This document shows, piece by piece, positions 26,792-39,799 of a DNA stretch of 64,000 nucleotides. Position numbers and translations under genes: made by a program. The notes beneath the pieces were generated by a model, which worked only from the letters and a program-made list of their open reading frames with translations, was not told where the DNA came from and did not search any database. Origin of the DNA: Octopus bimaculoides (taxonomy: Eukaryota); contig NC_068991.1 of NCBI RefSeq assembly GCF_001194135.2, positions 79,171,225 through 79,235,224 of the forward strand, in the 5' to 3' direction. The first letter of the stretch is position 1; every line of letters begins with the position of its first letter.

Positions 26792-27075
26792 TTTGATACA
26801 GTGGATTTCTACCCATTTATATCAAGGGACTTCCTGTTAAATGTACTGGACTTCACTACGGCCCATGCTGAAATCAACGAAGGGGACACACGCATTACCA
26901 TACACACCAGAAGCACTCTAATCTTCCGTAAGGGATTTGCCTGGGCCAAACGCACTGACCCAGAGGGCTCCTTCAACATGTCAATGGGTGCTTTTGACAG
27001 TGCGGACGTATGTGATCTAGTCGGTCTTTTCATTCTAGATGTACTAAAAAGGAAATTCCCTAAAGCTAGATTTGG
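26792..27075 (+). mobile_element. Penelope-like element reverse transcriptase fragment
   Basis: Open frame FDTVDFYPFISRDFLLNVLDF...IHTRSTLIF...FNMSMGAFDSADVCDLVGLFILDVL...FGL matches the PLE RT motifs FDIxDFYPSI and FDVxMGSxDGAEVCELVGL; truncated before the YRDD motif. Confidence 0.85.
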
Positions 27076-27776
27076 TCTTAACCTCTAGTATAAAATATAG
27101 GATATTATGCTATGTGGTATAATGTATTACAATACAGTTCCTACTCTACCAGTCATATTATGTATATTTGTAGTGTTTTTTTTTTATAGCAAGTCTCCCT
27201 TCAGTAAATCGTATAACCCTTAGGAGCTATACAATCATACATACAATAGTACCTGTAATATTACAACTTAGAAAACCTCTTCGGGTTGAATAGCTTAAAC
27301 GGGCCTCATTACTTCCATATATATTCAACTCCCTGTATAGAAACATTTCTTTCCTCAGGGTTTCTTTCTCTTAGTAAAATCCAGAAAGGCACCACATGGT
27401 GAAATTTCAGTTGGTCGTTGAGTATGGAATGGATGAATAAGAATAAAAATATGACAAAATAAAACCAGCTGTACAAAAATATAAGAATATAATCATTTGT
27501 ATACAAAGATTAAATAAGAGATTAAAAGGGTTGAATCTGGATTATTTCCTACAGCTCTTTAAAGCTTTTCTGAAACGGCCGTAGGATTGGACTGATCCTT
27601 TCAATCACCTCCTTTCATCTATTCTAACTATATTTTCCACTTTCATGTTACTCCTTATAGTTTTTTTTAATGTTTATCTTCTTATATTTCGATATTTTTT
27701 ATTATCTACGTTTTAATATAAATATCTGGTTATTTGAATGAAATAATATCTCATGTCATACATCTGAATTATGAAT

Positions 27777-27876
27777 NNNNNNNNNNNNNNNNNNNNNNNN
27801 NNNNNNNNNNNNNNNNNNNNNNNNNNNNNNNNNNNNNNNNNNNNNNNNNNNNNNNNNNNNNNNNNNNNNNNNNNNN
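27777..27876. other. Assembly gap (100 N)
   Basis: N run. Confidence 1.
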
Positions 27877-28084
27877 CATATACACATATACATATATATA
27901 CATATACATATATACATATATATAGGCAAATGGATATGTACGTAAACGAGCATACAGATAAAAAGGAGGCGGAAACACATGCCCACACACACGCATATAC
28001 ATATGCAGAATACATACATACGTACGTACACACATGCATACATGTACACACACACGGACATATATACATGTATACACGCCTATA

Positions 28085-28450
28085 CTGATCCAGTCAACTG
28101 ATTTCCCTCAAATAACAGTCATCCCAATTTTCTCTCTCCCAACTTTTAACTCTTCACCATTCATACAAATTAACAGAAAGGTCATCATTCACATACTACC
28201 TAAAGCACCCTTATCCCTTCCTTTCAATATCCATCTCTACTATCATTAGCCTCATTATAAACCCTAAGCTTGAAATTAATTTTCTCCGCCCACAAATCTC
28301 TACTTAAATACACCCAACAACTCTTTCTCATGCACTTAGCTCTCCACAAAATCATTCCGTCTTTAAACTCCATTCTGTCAATATGTCAAATATAAACTTC
28401 TTCTCTGAAGACGGAGGATGCTATTATCCGATGATGGAATCAATTTCCAG
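28085..28450 (-). mobile_element. Possible L1/Tx1-like APE endonuclease relic
   Basis: Minus strand RLMIVEMDIERKG*GCFR*YV loosely resembles GRLVVLDV...FRLVxVYAP; heavily decayed. Confidence 0.3.
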
Positions 28451-29369
28451 TCATTATTTGGGTCCACAAAGCCTCCAGAAACAGGTTTCGTAAAAGTCTT
28501 TCCAACCCCTTTAATTCCTGCTTTCATTTCTTTTCAGTGTGAATCGGACCGTTTTATATGTAAACATATCTACATTTTTTGTATTAAATGTATTTAATAT
28601 ATTTTTATATCGACTTGCCTAACTTGCTTCTCCTTACATTTACTCATATATAACTGTATATAGCTTCTTATATGTAGCTATATATGCAAACCTATCCACA
28701 ACTAAATAATTGATTTTTTATTGGCATATTGACTCTTCGTAGACACAAAATGTGTTTCAACACACGAATTCACAGCAAGAATCTTTCAAATCAAATCAAA
28801 TCAAAACACGAAGTGTGTTTACACAGCGGTGTACAAACACGCGTACACACGTGCCTATACTAACACACACATACACACAACCTCAGACACAAATATCTAT
28901 GAGCACGCTGTGTGTTGATATACACACTGGAAGTGTTATTGTAAACCCTGATATCAAAATAGAAACAGTGTTAACAATATAAGGCTTAAATACTTCTGTC
29001 ATCGTTTAGTATGAGAATCCAGTGTGTAGTGGGTTCGGCTGAAAACAGCCGATGGCATGCAATAACAACTTAGATTATCAAAGAAGAGACGAAAGAACTA
29101 CAAAAGCGTGTCTGTGTACGTTCCTAGTTGCGTATGATTCCTGGCTATGAGAACGTCTGGTAGTCTGTTTGTATGCATGTTTTGTGTAGATATGAGGGTT
29201 TATGTGTGGGTGATTATTTGTGTGTGCGTCGTTTGTGTTTGTGTGAAGCGTGGTCATTAAAATGATTAGTAACCCAATTATACCACAAGTTTTATTTAAC
29301 ACTGCTACTTAAACGATAATCAATGACAAAGAAATACAAACGTCGCCATATATAGAAACTATTAAAGCG

Positions 29370-29770
29370 TTCGGGAATTTAATGGATACAAAACGTGCCG
29401 TAGTGAAGACGACGACGACGACGACGGCAAAAATGGTGATGATAATCGAGGTGGTTGGTTAGTGTGGTGGATGTCGGGGTGTTGAATGTTGGGGTTGATG
29501 CCCGTTATTGTTCGCGCTGCTGCGAATGGTAACGCTGCTTGTGCTGGTGCTGCTGCCGAAGATAATAGTGGTGTTGGTGACGACGATAATGATGATAATG
29601 ATGACGGTAATAATGGTGGTGGTGGTGGTGATGACGATGATGACAGTATGATGATGACGACGACGAGGATGATGATGATATGGGTGATAGCAATTCTCAA
29701 AACGGCTATAAAAATCCCATTCCAGCTGATGAGAATGATCAATGTAATACGCATGAAGATGGTGATGATC
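29370..29770. repeat. Compound trinucleotide repeat tract (GAC/GAT/GGT/GCT/AAT)
   Basis: Runs such as GACGACGACGAC, GGTGGTGGTGGT, GATGATGATGAC. Confidence 0.85.
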
Positions 29771-29849
29771 ATTGTAATAAAAATGATTTATTATTTGCAG
29801 GAATCGTTAGAATTTTCGGGAAAATGCCTCTCGATATTTATGGCCGATC

Positions 29850-30070
29850 GCAAAGCGGCAAACCTGGCAGAATCGTCGTCACACCGAGGAGAGTGCTTAG
29901 CGGCATTTAGTCTGTTTTTTACGGTCTGAGTCCAAATTCCACCAAGGTTAACTTTACTCTCCATCATTCCGGGGTCGATGAAATAGGTACCAGCTTAGTA
30001 CTGGGGTCGATGTAATCAACTGACACTTTTCTCCAAAGATGATGGCTTTGTGTCAAAATTTGCAGCAATA
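29850..30070 (+). mobile_element. SINE family A copy
   Basis: CTGGCAGAATCG...TGCTTAGCGGCATTT...CCGGGGTCGATGAAATAGGTACCAG...GGGGTCGATGTAATC. Confidence 0.85.
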
Positions 30071-30071
30071 T

Positions 30072-30800
30072 GACTGGGTCCTGAAGCAGCTACTTGACCA
30101 TTCAAATGTTGATGTGATATATTTCGACTTTGCAAAGACCTTTGATAAAGTTGATCATGGCATGATATGTCACAAGCTGCGAAACCTTGGCATAGCTGGT
30201 AAATTAGGAGAGTGGCTGCATGACTTCCTGAATGGTAAAAGTCAGACAGTTGCAACCAATGGAGAATTATCTAGGAAAACGCAAATATTGAGCAGTGTTC
30301 CACAAGGAACTGTCCTGGGCCACTACTGTTCATAGTAGCCATTCTGGACATGCCCACGCTCACTCGGACAGCCATTGTCACTAGCTATGCTGAAGGCACA
30401 AAACTATATCAGGCAATAAAGAATCTTGATGATGTCATAAGCCTGCAAAATGACCTAAATGCAATATACAAATGGGCAGAGCAAAATAATATGCGGTTTA
30501 ATGCTAAAAAATTTTAAGTACTGCGCTACAAGGCCACAAGTGCCCCCAACTGGCATACACAGGACCTGGAGGTACTGCAATCTCAGAACCACAAACAGTG
30601 AGAGACCTGGGTATCAGCATGTGTAGTGATGCATCATTTCACATGCACATTATCAACTTGACAGCAAAGTGCAGACAACTGGTAGGGTGGAAAGACTGGT
30701 ACCAAACTTTGACATCAAGTACTATACGAATGCCTGCACAGGTCGCCACAGCATAGTACCAAGGGTACCGTCCACTGCATCTCACATCAGAACAAGGTAT
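30072..30800 (+). mobile_element. CR1/L2-like LINE RT fragment, 5'-truncated and disabled
   Basis: DVIYFDFAKTFDKVDHGMICHKL...SSVPQGTVLG, frameshift, PLLFIV...SYAEGTKL (YADD decayed)...LQNDLNAIYKWAEQNNMRFNAKKF*VL, DLGISM. Confidence 0.9.
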
Positions 30801-30889
30801 TGCAACACCTGCTGATTACTAATACAGACGTGTATACACACATATACATATGTGTTGGTGTACGTATGTGTGTGTATATATATATATAC

Positions 30890-30991
<102 letters not shown>

Positions 30992-32079
30992 ATGTGTGTG
31001 TGTGTGTGTGTGTGTACGAATGTTTTAATAACAGCTAAATTCAGCTGCAGACGATTTGAAGTCCACTCATCAGAATTTAAATTAGAAGAGTCTAACCGTT
31101 AAATGAAAATATGTGTTAATATGGATCGAGTGCCACTTACTTTCGTCTGTGCAGTCCTGGACACCACACACACACACACACACACATCCCTTTATTATTG
31201 TTATCATTTCATTTTCTATTTTCATAGCCGGAACTCATGTTGAAACAGTAGTGCCACCTCTTCCTCACACTTACACACTTACAAATCCGTATTTCGTAAT
31301 TCAATTAAGGCATTCTTTTCGTTTTTATATAACAACATTCAACTTCAGTACATTTATCTTGTAAGAGCATTTCAACGTAACCTAGTGGCACATATTTCCT
31401 TAACATTTCAATTCATCTTCATTTCTATTTCATTGGCATTGATTTTTCGCTTAGTTATCCATTTATAACACCCCATCCACTCACACACACATATATAAAT
31501 GTACGAATATATATATATATATATATATTTAGATATAAACAAGGACTAGGTGAAATCTACGGATGACAGCACGCGCATGTGTGCAATGAGAGGTGGTGCT
31601 GACTTTCACGAGCTCAAAGGTCGCCATTTTAACACCGCTGTCGAGATCCAGAGCGAACCGCAGAAGGTCCTCGACTCGCTTACAGGAAAAAAAAAAAAAA
31701 ATTCCAGGTCGGATTCCAAAAGTGCACAAGGTGTCTATTCGGAAGGAAATGTTTTAAAAAGTTCTTTATTTATTTATCTTTATTAAAAATAACCAGTCCG
31801 AGTACGTTTTGATACCATTTCGTACGTATATTTTTACCTTGCATGTAATATTTTTATTGTTGCTCGCCGAGGAAGATTCATTGAAAAATATCTCACATTT
31901 GTGTTACTGCTCCGCAGACACATTATACATTTGCTCCACTCACTGAAACTTAAATATGCGCAAGGGTAATCAAACATATGTGTGTGTGTCTGTATGTATT
32001 TTGCTTTATCGTGTATACCTTGATGGATTTTCTCTTTATTCGGCTGACATGGTATATTTGATGTATTTAATTCTTTATT

Positions 32080-32255
32080 GCACACAGGGGGATAAACATA
32101 GAGGGGATAAACAAGGACAGACAAAAGGATGAAGTCGATTACATCGACCCCAGTTCGTAACTGGTACTTATTTAATCGACCCAAACAGGATGAAAGGCAA
32201 AGTCGACCTCGGCGGAACTTGAACTCAGAACGTTGCGGCAGACGAAATACCGGTA
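32080..32255 (-). mobile_element. SINE family A copy (head missing)
   Basis: GTCGATTACATCGACCCCAG...GGATGAAAGGCAAAGTCGACCTCGGCGGAACTTGAACTCAGAACG. Confidence 0.9.
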
Positions 32256-32956
32256 TATTTGATAAATTCACACACACACACACGCACGCACGCACACACG
32301 CACGCACGCACACACACAAACGCACACATACACTGGAACGCACACATACACTCGAACACATTCCAACACACGAACACACACACACAAACACACATATACA
32401 CTCGAACACACGCACACACATATTTTCCCTGGTGTCAATTCTGTAGGGAAATACATTCTCGATATATATTACTTATGCATATGCCTCCATTTTTGTGATT
32501 GAAATATTTATGCGAAACTGTAACGCATTTGGAATTAATCTATCCCTAGAATACTTTTGGTTAACAGTAACCCTATTTTGATGTTATTTTAACGCCTATT
32601 TTGCATTATGTTTACCATGAAAGCATATTGCACGAATTTCGCAAAAATATGTATTTGGTAATCCCGCCAATGAGGGGGAAACATGTGAGCTTATCTTTAC
32701 ATGCGTCCAAATCAAGAAAAGGATGAAGTCAGTTTACACTGCATTAAAGCAAAATGAGTGAAATTAAAACCAGTCGGAGCATATGTTTACACGCGTAAGT
32801 GTGAGATTATACATCTATACAAACATACATACATGAATACATATACGTATGTGTGTGTGTGTGTGTGTATGTGTACGCATACGTGTGTAGATATATATAT
32901 GGATGAATAAATGTTTATAAGTTTGGAGTCAAAACTGCATATATATGCTTCAGAGA

Positions 32957-32996
<40 letters not shown>

Positions 32997-33574
32997 GCAC
33001 ACACGATTGTATTATATTAATATCGATCAAGACAGCATTATTCTCCCCATTTTAGAAGACACATCTGTTCAATGTTTCCCCCCGAATCACATACATAAGG
33101 AAAATGTCTGTCTACATATAACGAACACGTTTATTGGTCATTCATCTAACGTCTATTCTCGGACTGCTAGAAGAAGCAATATATTGCCTAAAAATACATG
33201 CCAAAGAAAGACATTAATAAAATGAGATATTAACATTGCTAGAGGTAATCAATTGAGGTTATTTTTCATCGATTTCCGACAAAATCTATAACTTCTACTC
33301 TATCAATATATTGTTTATAAAGCAGAAGAGATAAAGTGATTGCTGAAGAGAATTTATCACTTCCAAAGAATCGGTGAATGTATAAAATCTTTTGATTTTC
33401 GTGTATCCAAATATAGAAGCAGCGATAAAATCCCGCAATGGTGCAGATTTTTTTTTGTCGGATTTGCTGCGCCTATGACGTGTTAACTACAGAACACTAC
33501 ATATTTGTGTACAGTATAATGTCTCTTTTCATATGCTAAACATAGAATTTGCTTGTTTCTAAAACGCATACGCA

Positions 33575-33750
33575 CACACATAGAAATATACAAGCATATA
33601 TATATATATATATATATAAATACACACACACACACACACACACATAGAAATATACAAGCATATATATATATATATAAATACACACACACATAGAAATATA
33701 CAAGCATATATATATATATATATAAATACACACACACACACACACACATA
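33575..33750. repeat. Higher-order tandem repeat: 3 units of CATAGAAATATACAAG-CA(TA)n-AATA(CA)n
   Basis: The 16-nt anchor CATAGAAATATACAAG recurs three times, separated by variable (TA)n and (CA)n. Confidence 0.9.
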
Positions 33751-33769
33751 TATATATCGATATTTGGAT

Positions 33770-33843
<74 letters not shown>

Positions 33844-33905
33844 GTATTTATATGTATGTACATATATATCTACCTTTCAATCTGTTTGTCTGTGTGTGTG
33901 TGTGC

Positions 33906-33940
<35 letters not shown>

Positions 33941-34479
33941 AGATAGATAGATAGATAGATAGATATGCACTTGTATTATGTTAATATCGATGAAGACAGA
34001 TGGAATTTCTACTCACATTTGCAAATCCTAAAACATACAAATACAAAGATTTCTTCGTAAAGGAAATACAAGTTCAAGTCGTGTGTATTTCGCGCCAGCA
34101 CACACGCACCAACAATCGCGTGAAGATAAAAACAAAGGAAAACGACAATTAATCTGGCGAATATCATGGTGTGAAAAGGATGCAAAAAAAGGAGTAGGTG
34201 GTGTCAGACAAGTAAACCAATTGAGGAAGGAAAGTAATGCGTTGTTACATTTCTAAATACAGATTGCTTTCCGGATGTTTTGTAACTTTTGTAGAGGAGG
34301 CAGTGATAACTATCCTAGGTTATTGTAATTTTGGCATAAGATCACAAGACATCTAAGAAGATGACCTGCCACATTTTTTTTATTTCAATTTGAAAAAGAC
34401 TGATGTAACAGAATTTTGAGTACTTCGTGATAAACGTTGTTTGTCACGACTGACGAGTTTGCAGAATGCAGTCGGAGCG

Positions 34480-35076
34480 TTTGAAAGCTGATTGTGCAAA
34501 AGCCCTGAAGACTTATGAAACGCTCATATTGCTTATGGATTAACTTTTCTGCTGCCAAGATATTCAAAGACGGCGAAGAGATGGAGAGAGACGGTGTCTG
34601 AGAGAGTGATATCAGAACATCGTAACTGGTGGAAAAAATCTGCAAATTACTGGTTGAAAACCGCCGTGTGTCTATAAAGTTAGTAAGATAGAGTTTAGAG
34701 TTGATGAGTTCGTGTAGCGACTACACACAAAATTATTCACGAAGATCTGAACATGCGCAAAATTTGTAGAAAGTGTGTACCCAGGATCCTCGTAACCAAC
34801 TACTTGGGAATTAAAACTGTACCTCACCCTCTCTACAATCCAGACATTATTCCCTGTCACTTTTGATTGTTCCCGAAGCTGTCAGGGGCAGTCGGTTTGA
34901 AAACAATGAAAAGATGATGGTGGCGATGACAAGTGTCCTGGACACCTTCACTTTGCGGGAATATAATGTGGCATTCACGAAATGGCTGGCGTGCTGCATC
35001 AAGTGCATTGAATCAGCAGATAAATTTCAAATGATTCTCATGAACAAGTCTCAAAACGTCTGTAATGCACCTTGTA
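34480..35076 (+). mobile_element. Internally deleted mariner element (second subfamily)
   Basis: KICKLLVENRRVSI, IIHEDLNMRKICRKCVPRIL, HPLYNPDIIPCHF (compare HPPYSPDLAPCDF), RGSRFENNE...FTKW..CIKCIE; ends ...AATGCACCTTGTA. Confidence 0.85.
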
Positions 35077-35105
35077 GAACATAAAACATCTAATAAGTTG
35101 AAATC

Positions 35106-35255
35106 GCTTCTGGGATCGAATTCTGCCGAGGTCGCCTTTGCATCTCCTCCTTCTGGAGTCGATGAAATTAGTAGTAGTTGAGAGTTTTGGTCGATGTAAT
35201 CAACTTACCTCCCCACTAATATTTTAGGCATGTTGCTCATTGTAGAAAAGGATAT
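35106..35255 (+). mobile_element. SINE family A, 5'-truncated degenerate copy
   Basis: CCGAGGTCGCCTTTGCATCTCCTCCTTCTGGAGTCGATGAAATT...GGTCGATGTAATC. Confidence 0.7.
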
Positions 35256-36656
35256 CTGGAAATCGCTGAATAATTGCTTTAAAAGAAAGTATTAATGCAT
35301 AAAGTTTAAGACATTTCCTAATTGTAACTTTGTCTCACTACATTATATATATCAGGCAGCGGTTCTCTCTATTGGTATCTCTGTTCATCTTACCACAAAA
35401 ACTGTACTACGCGTGGTTGTATCAGTAGAGTGACACCAATGAGGGCGTACATTATTTGAAATGCTCAGCGTGCTACTAAATCAAATTTCATTTCAGCCTC
35501 TTTGGGCAAAAGAAACTGATGATATTCAGAAGGTCTTTGACTGAATTCAATTTTTCAAAAAATCTCAGCTGTTCTTGAAAACCTTTTTAAAATCCGAAAG
35601 CTGATGAAATCGGAAAAAATTTCCTTGTTTAATGTTGAAAAGGACACTTGATAAACATGGACTTGGAAATATATTTTGCCTCCATCGTTAATATTAAGAA
35701 ATATGACATACATACAAAAGCTATAATTTAACTTTTATCAAAGTTCTTGTTTCTTTTACAAAATAATGTAATGAATGCTAATTTACAAAGGATTAATATG
35801 TATTACTTTTAATTAAACATATAGAACAAAGCAGCCTAATACGTTCCAGCAGTTACGAACGTGGATATGCTAATCGCTGGTGCATTTTGTAAACTTTTCC
35901 TTATTTCTCATTTACGTAACTCCTCCTTAAATACTCTTTTTTACTATCCCTCTCTCCCCTGTATACGGTGACTAGAAAAAAAGAGAAACAAGTAACCAGT
36001 TAACCTTTATCATGATTATTAAAATATAGAGATATTACATTAAACGTTCAACTCGTGCCAGCATCGAAAGTCAGACATAAATCTATCACTATGATTACTG
36101 GTTTCTGCTGAATTATAGAAAAGATGTCACACTGCCGATAGAGTACAATAGAAAGCAGCGAGAATAGTATATACTTTAGTCACTGATATATATTAAATCG
36201 ATTCAGAATGAGAAACGACAAAGTAGACTTGGGTGGAAAAAAAACTGAGATTACACAGACACGTAATTAACACCGCAATATAAAATGTGTCAGACGTTCT
36301 GCCTATTAAGTCAGTCACTTATCATATTGCAAGAAATAATTAGATGACCAGTCATAGAAATATATTAATTTATGTCACATTTCGCCATTCCGAATTTATG
36401 TTTCTATTCAATTGTATCAGTGGTTACCTTTTACTCTGTAGATTAATTGTTCTTAACATAAAAAACAACGACAAAAATGAAATAATGATGAAAATTAATC
36501 AGCATTGAAACCACACAATATTAAAGGAGATGCCTTTAAGATGACATGTGTAGAATATATAATTTCAAGTGATGATTAACTAATTCGGAAACATATTTTC
36601 TTAACACTGCATATGCAGACAGAAAAACGAACCACGCATTATTATTATTATTATTA

Positions 36657-37125
36657 TGTGAGAGAGCAGTGCATGCCATCAAAGTGACACTGGGGTAAAA
36701 TATACGAAGCCCATTATACCCATCATGACTAACCGATAAACAGCTCATGACCTCGCAGGTGGGGCCCAGTTAGAATTTTCTTCAGGTCGAGTAGCCCATC
36801 CCGTTCATAAGGTCCCTGAATAAGGTTTGTTTAAGGATGTTGAGCAAAATACCCATGTTTCCAAAGGTGAATTATCCAAACCTCAAAGAATTCCTCTCAA
36901 CACATGGCTATGATGCTCCCCGACTACTTCTGCAGAGATGCACATATCTTCTGCCACCGAGGAACAGGATCAACTGGTTAAGGTCAAACAACTGACAAGC
37001 GAATTTGTGGTATTGAGCAGAATATTTGCTGTAGCCCATCTTTTATACCAAGACAAAACAATGTACATGATAACACTTCCAATCAATTAAGATCAGAAGC
37101 CATGAGAGCTACTGTCTGGTACTAA
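36657..37125 (-). mobile_element. Unclassified interspersed repeat X bounded by AAT/ATT microsatellites
   Basis: A second partial copy occurs at 39717-39799. The minus strand ends ...GCACTGCTCTCTCAC(ATA)n, consistent with a retroposon 3' tail. Confidence 0.6.
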
Positions 37126-37404
37126 ATAATAATAATAATAATAATAATGATAATATTATTATTATTATTATTATTATTATCATCATTATTAAGTGTATTT
37201 CATATTTATGTACATCACACACATTTAAATTAATTTTGGAAAGAAGTAATAAAGAAAACAAAGAGAAAACACGAAAGAAAATTATCTGAAAAGATTTTTA
37301 GACTATATATTTATTGCCAATAATCACTACCTCTTTCACTTTCACCCATTTTCTAAATTAATTATATATAAGTCTCTTTTATCATAGTAAATAATAATTT
37401 CAGA

Positions 37405-37605
37405 TTTTGGTACAAGGACAACAAGTCCGGGAAGAAGGTAGTCGATTACACTGACCCTAATACTAAACTTGTACTTATTTTATCGACCTCGAAAGGATGA
37501 AAGATAAAGACGACCTCGGTGGAATTTGAACTCAAAATGTAAAAATGGACAAAAGGCCGCCACGCATTTTCCCCGGCGTGTTAATTGTTCGGCGAACACG
37601 CCGAC
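37405..37605 (-). mobile_element. SINE family A copy
   Basis: TTTTATCGACCTCGAAAGGATGAAAGATAAAGACGACCTCGGTGGAATTTGAACTC. Confidence 0.8.
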
Positions 37606-37619
37606 TTAATACTGTCTTC

Positions 37620-37825
37620 TATAGGCACAAGGCCTGAAATTTTAGGAGAGGAGGGATAGTGGATTACGTCGATTTCAGTTCAAAACTGGTGTTTATATTA
37701 TCGACCATGAAAGGATGAAAGACAATGTCGTCCTTGGCGGAATATTAACACAGAACGACAAAGCGGATGAAATGCCGCTAAGCATTCTGCCTGGCGTGCT
37801 AACGATTCTGCCAACTCGCATCTTT
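37620..37825 (-). mobile_element. SINE family A copy (tandem with previous)
   Basis: GAAAGGATGAAAGAC...GAAATGCCGCTAAGCATT...GCGTGCTAACGATTCTGCCAACTCG. Confidence 0.85.
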
Positions 37826-38299
37826 AAATCGCAGTAAATAATGATACTACGGGTTGTTTCTAGCGGATATAAAACGTATAACATTTCTCATAAAGTTCCC
37901 TTTTCAAACACCTCCCTGCTATATTTACGAAAAGTATAAGCGGGTCCCTGTCGTTTTCGATAACGAGAGCTCACTTGCTTGTTTAATTGATCTCCTTGTT
38001 CATTGAATTAACACGCTACAAAAACGTAGTATAACTTTAACATAGTCTTCGGGTAGAATCAGAGTGATATGGTGCTGGGGAAGACTGTACCTGAAAATTT
38101 CTGATGCAAGCCAATCCGTCCCCCAGAAGCATCAACACATATTCCATCGACTCAGTTTCCCTAACGAGTTTTCAGTTGCGTCTTTATGAGGACTACCATA
38201 AAATTTTATAAATACTAGACGTTTCACCGTTGTAAAACACTTGTATCAATGTCAGATATTTATATTCGTATTTTACAATACTTTAGCGACCACAATATT

Positions 38300-38488
38300 T
38301 TCTTCTTCTCAAGGCACAAGGTCGGAAATTTTGGTGGAGGGGCTGGTCAATTAGATCGACCCCATTACGCAACTAGTACTTAATTTATCGACACTGAAAG
38401 GATGAAACGCGAAGTCGATCTCGGCGGAATTTGAACTCAGAACGTAAAGACAGACGAGAGATTTAAGCATTTCGCCCAGAGTGAATCC
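38300..38488 (-). mobile_element. SINE family A copy with 15-bp TSD
   Basis: Family core on the minus strand. AGCGACCACAATATT (38285-38299) and AGCGACCATAATATT (38489-38503). Confidence 0.9.
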
Positions 38489-38514
38489 AGCGACCATAAT
38501 ATTAAAACAAAGTT

Positions 38515-38712
38515 AATGCGGCGAGCTGGCAGAAGCGTTAGCACACCGGACGAAATGTATTTACGTTCTGAGTTCATAATCCGCCGATGTCGACTTTGTC
38601 TTTCATCCTTTCGGATTCGATAAATTAAATACCAGTTGCGTACTGGGTCGATCTAGTAGACTGCCTCCCCCCCCCACCAAAAAAATAGGGACTTGTGCCT
38701 AGAGTAGGAAAG
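38515..38712 (+). mobile_element. SINE family A copy with 15-bp TSD
   Basis: GCGGCGAGCTGGCAGAAGCGTTAGCAC head and core. AATATTAAAACAAAG (38498-38512) and AATATTAAAATAAAG (38713-38727). Confidence 0.9.
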
Positions 38713-39139
38713 AATATTAAAATAAAGGTATAAAAAAAAAAATATATATATGTATGTGTGTGTGTCTGTGTGTGTGTGTATTTGTGTGTATGTTTTTGTA
38801 TGTCGTTTGGCTGTTTTTATAGATATAAGCAGTGCTTAAGTGTTTACATCCGATTCTTAAGTATTGTGTACATATTATGTGTTGCGCAAGCAATTTACTT
38901 TTAAATAATAGATTAGCTTCTGTTCACCGAATGAGAAATGTTTATTTTGCATCCAACGGTTGTAACAACAGACTTCTCAGTTATAATGCAATCGAGAGAC
39001 ATTGCTTGTAAAGAAGTAAAAGATAAAATGTCATTCACCCAGAAATAGTTGACGTGATGATGTCTGATTTATAAACATTTTAATCTTATTATTTTTTTTC
39101 TTTTACTTCACATTGCTTACAGTTTCACATGTCCCGGTA

Positions 39140-39720
39140 AATTCTGTAAAAACTGGCGGCGACGCCTTCTACTTTGTGTTCTTACTATTTCCGTGTTCAT
39201 TCAAAATCGCATATTTCACACAATCTCCAGCGAACTTAGCTACGTTATCATTCCTCCTTCTCTATTCCACTTGGGCCAGTTTCCTACACTCTCTCACAAT
39301 ATGCGAAATTGCTTCCTTTTTCTGCCACACATCCTACAAAGAGGTAATTCACTACTCTTATCTATTTGGAATTTGATGTAATTATCTCTCAGAGCTTTTC
39401 CTGGGCGCTGCATATCAATGCTTCGGTGCATCCATTCAGATACCCTTTGCTTAGCCACTTCCATCTGTTGGTCTTGTCTTTTTCTTCCTTTTCTCAGAGG
39501 TATTGCCCATATATTGTTTTAATGTGTCACATTTTCACAAAGTATCGTGTTGCTATGTTATCTTACAACGACAAGCAAAGGTTCAATCTATTGTTTGAAA
39601 TATCATCCCAGACTGTTTTCCAAATTGACACCCCATGACATTGCATCCTAAGAAACCTCGTCCTTCTTCTTGTCTGGACACATACAGTATATTGGTATCG
39701 CTTTTAGGGTGGAGTTCCAT
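39140..39720 (-). mobile_element. R4/Dong-like (RLE-type) retrotransposon fragment, distinct subfamily
   Basis: Minus strand: ELHPKSDTNILYVSRQEEGRGF, YGQYL, KTNRWKWLSKGYL..CTEALICSAQE, CRMCG / EAISHIVRECRKLAQVE*RRRNDNVAK (CCHC knuckle). Confidence 0.85.
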
Positions 39721-39799
39721 CCCGCTCAAAATTCCCTGAATAAAGTTTGGTTAAAGATGATGAACAAAACACCCAGGTTTCCAGAGCTGAATTATCCAA
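39717..39799. mobile_element. Short internal fragment of repeat X
   Basis: CCATCCCGCTCAAAATTCCCTGAATAAAG...CCAGAGCTGAATTATCCAA aligns with about 36795-36880. Confidence 0.8.

Noticed and set aside
29362-29929. Overlapping 136-147 aa ORFs with poly-D/G/S/P/H tracts
   Set aside because: Produced by trinucleotide repeats, open on both strands, and the plus ORF runs into a SINE.
31550-31825. 78-aa ORF and YY1-like CGCCATTTT motif
   Set aside because: The segment ends in TTTTGATACCATTTCGTA, similar to a mariner terminus, so it is more likely a transposon remnant; neither reading is well supported.
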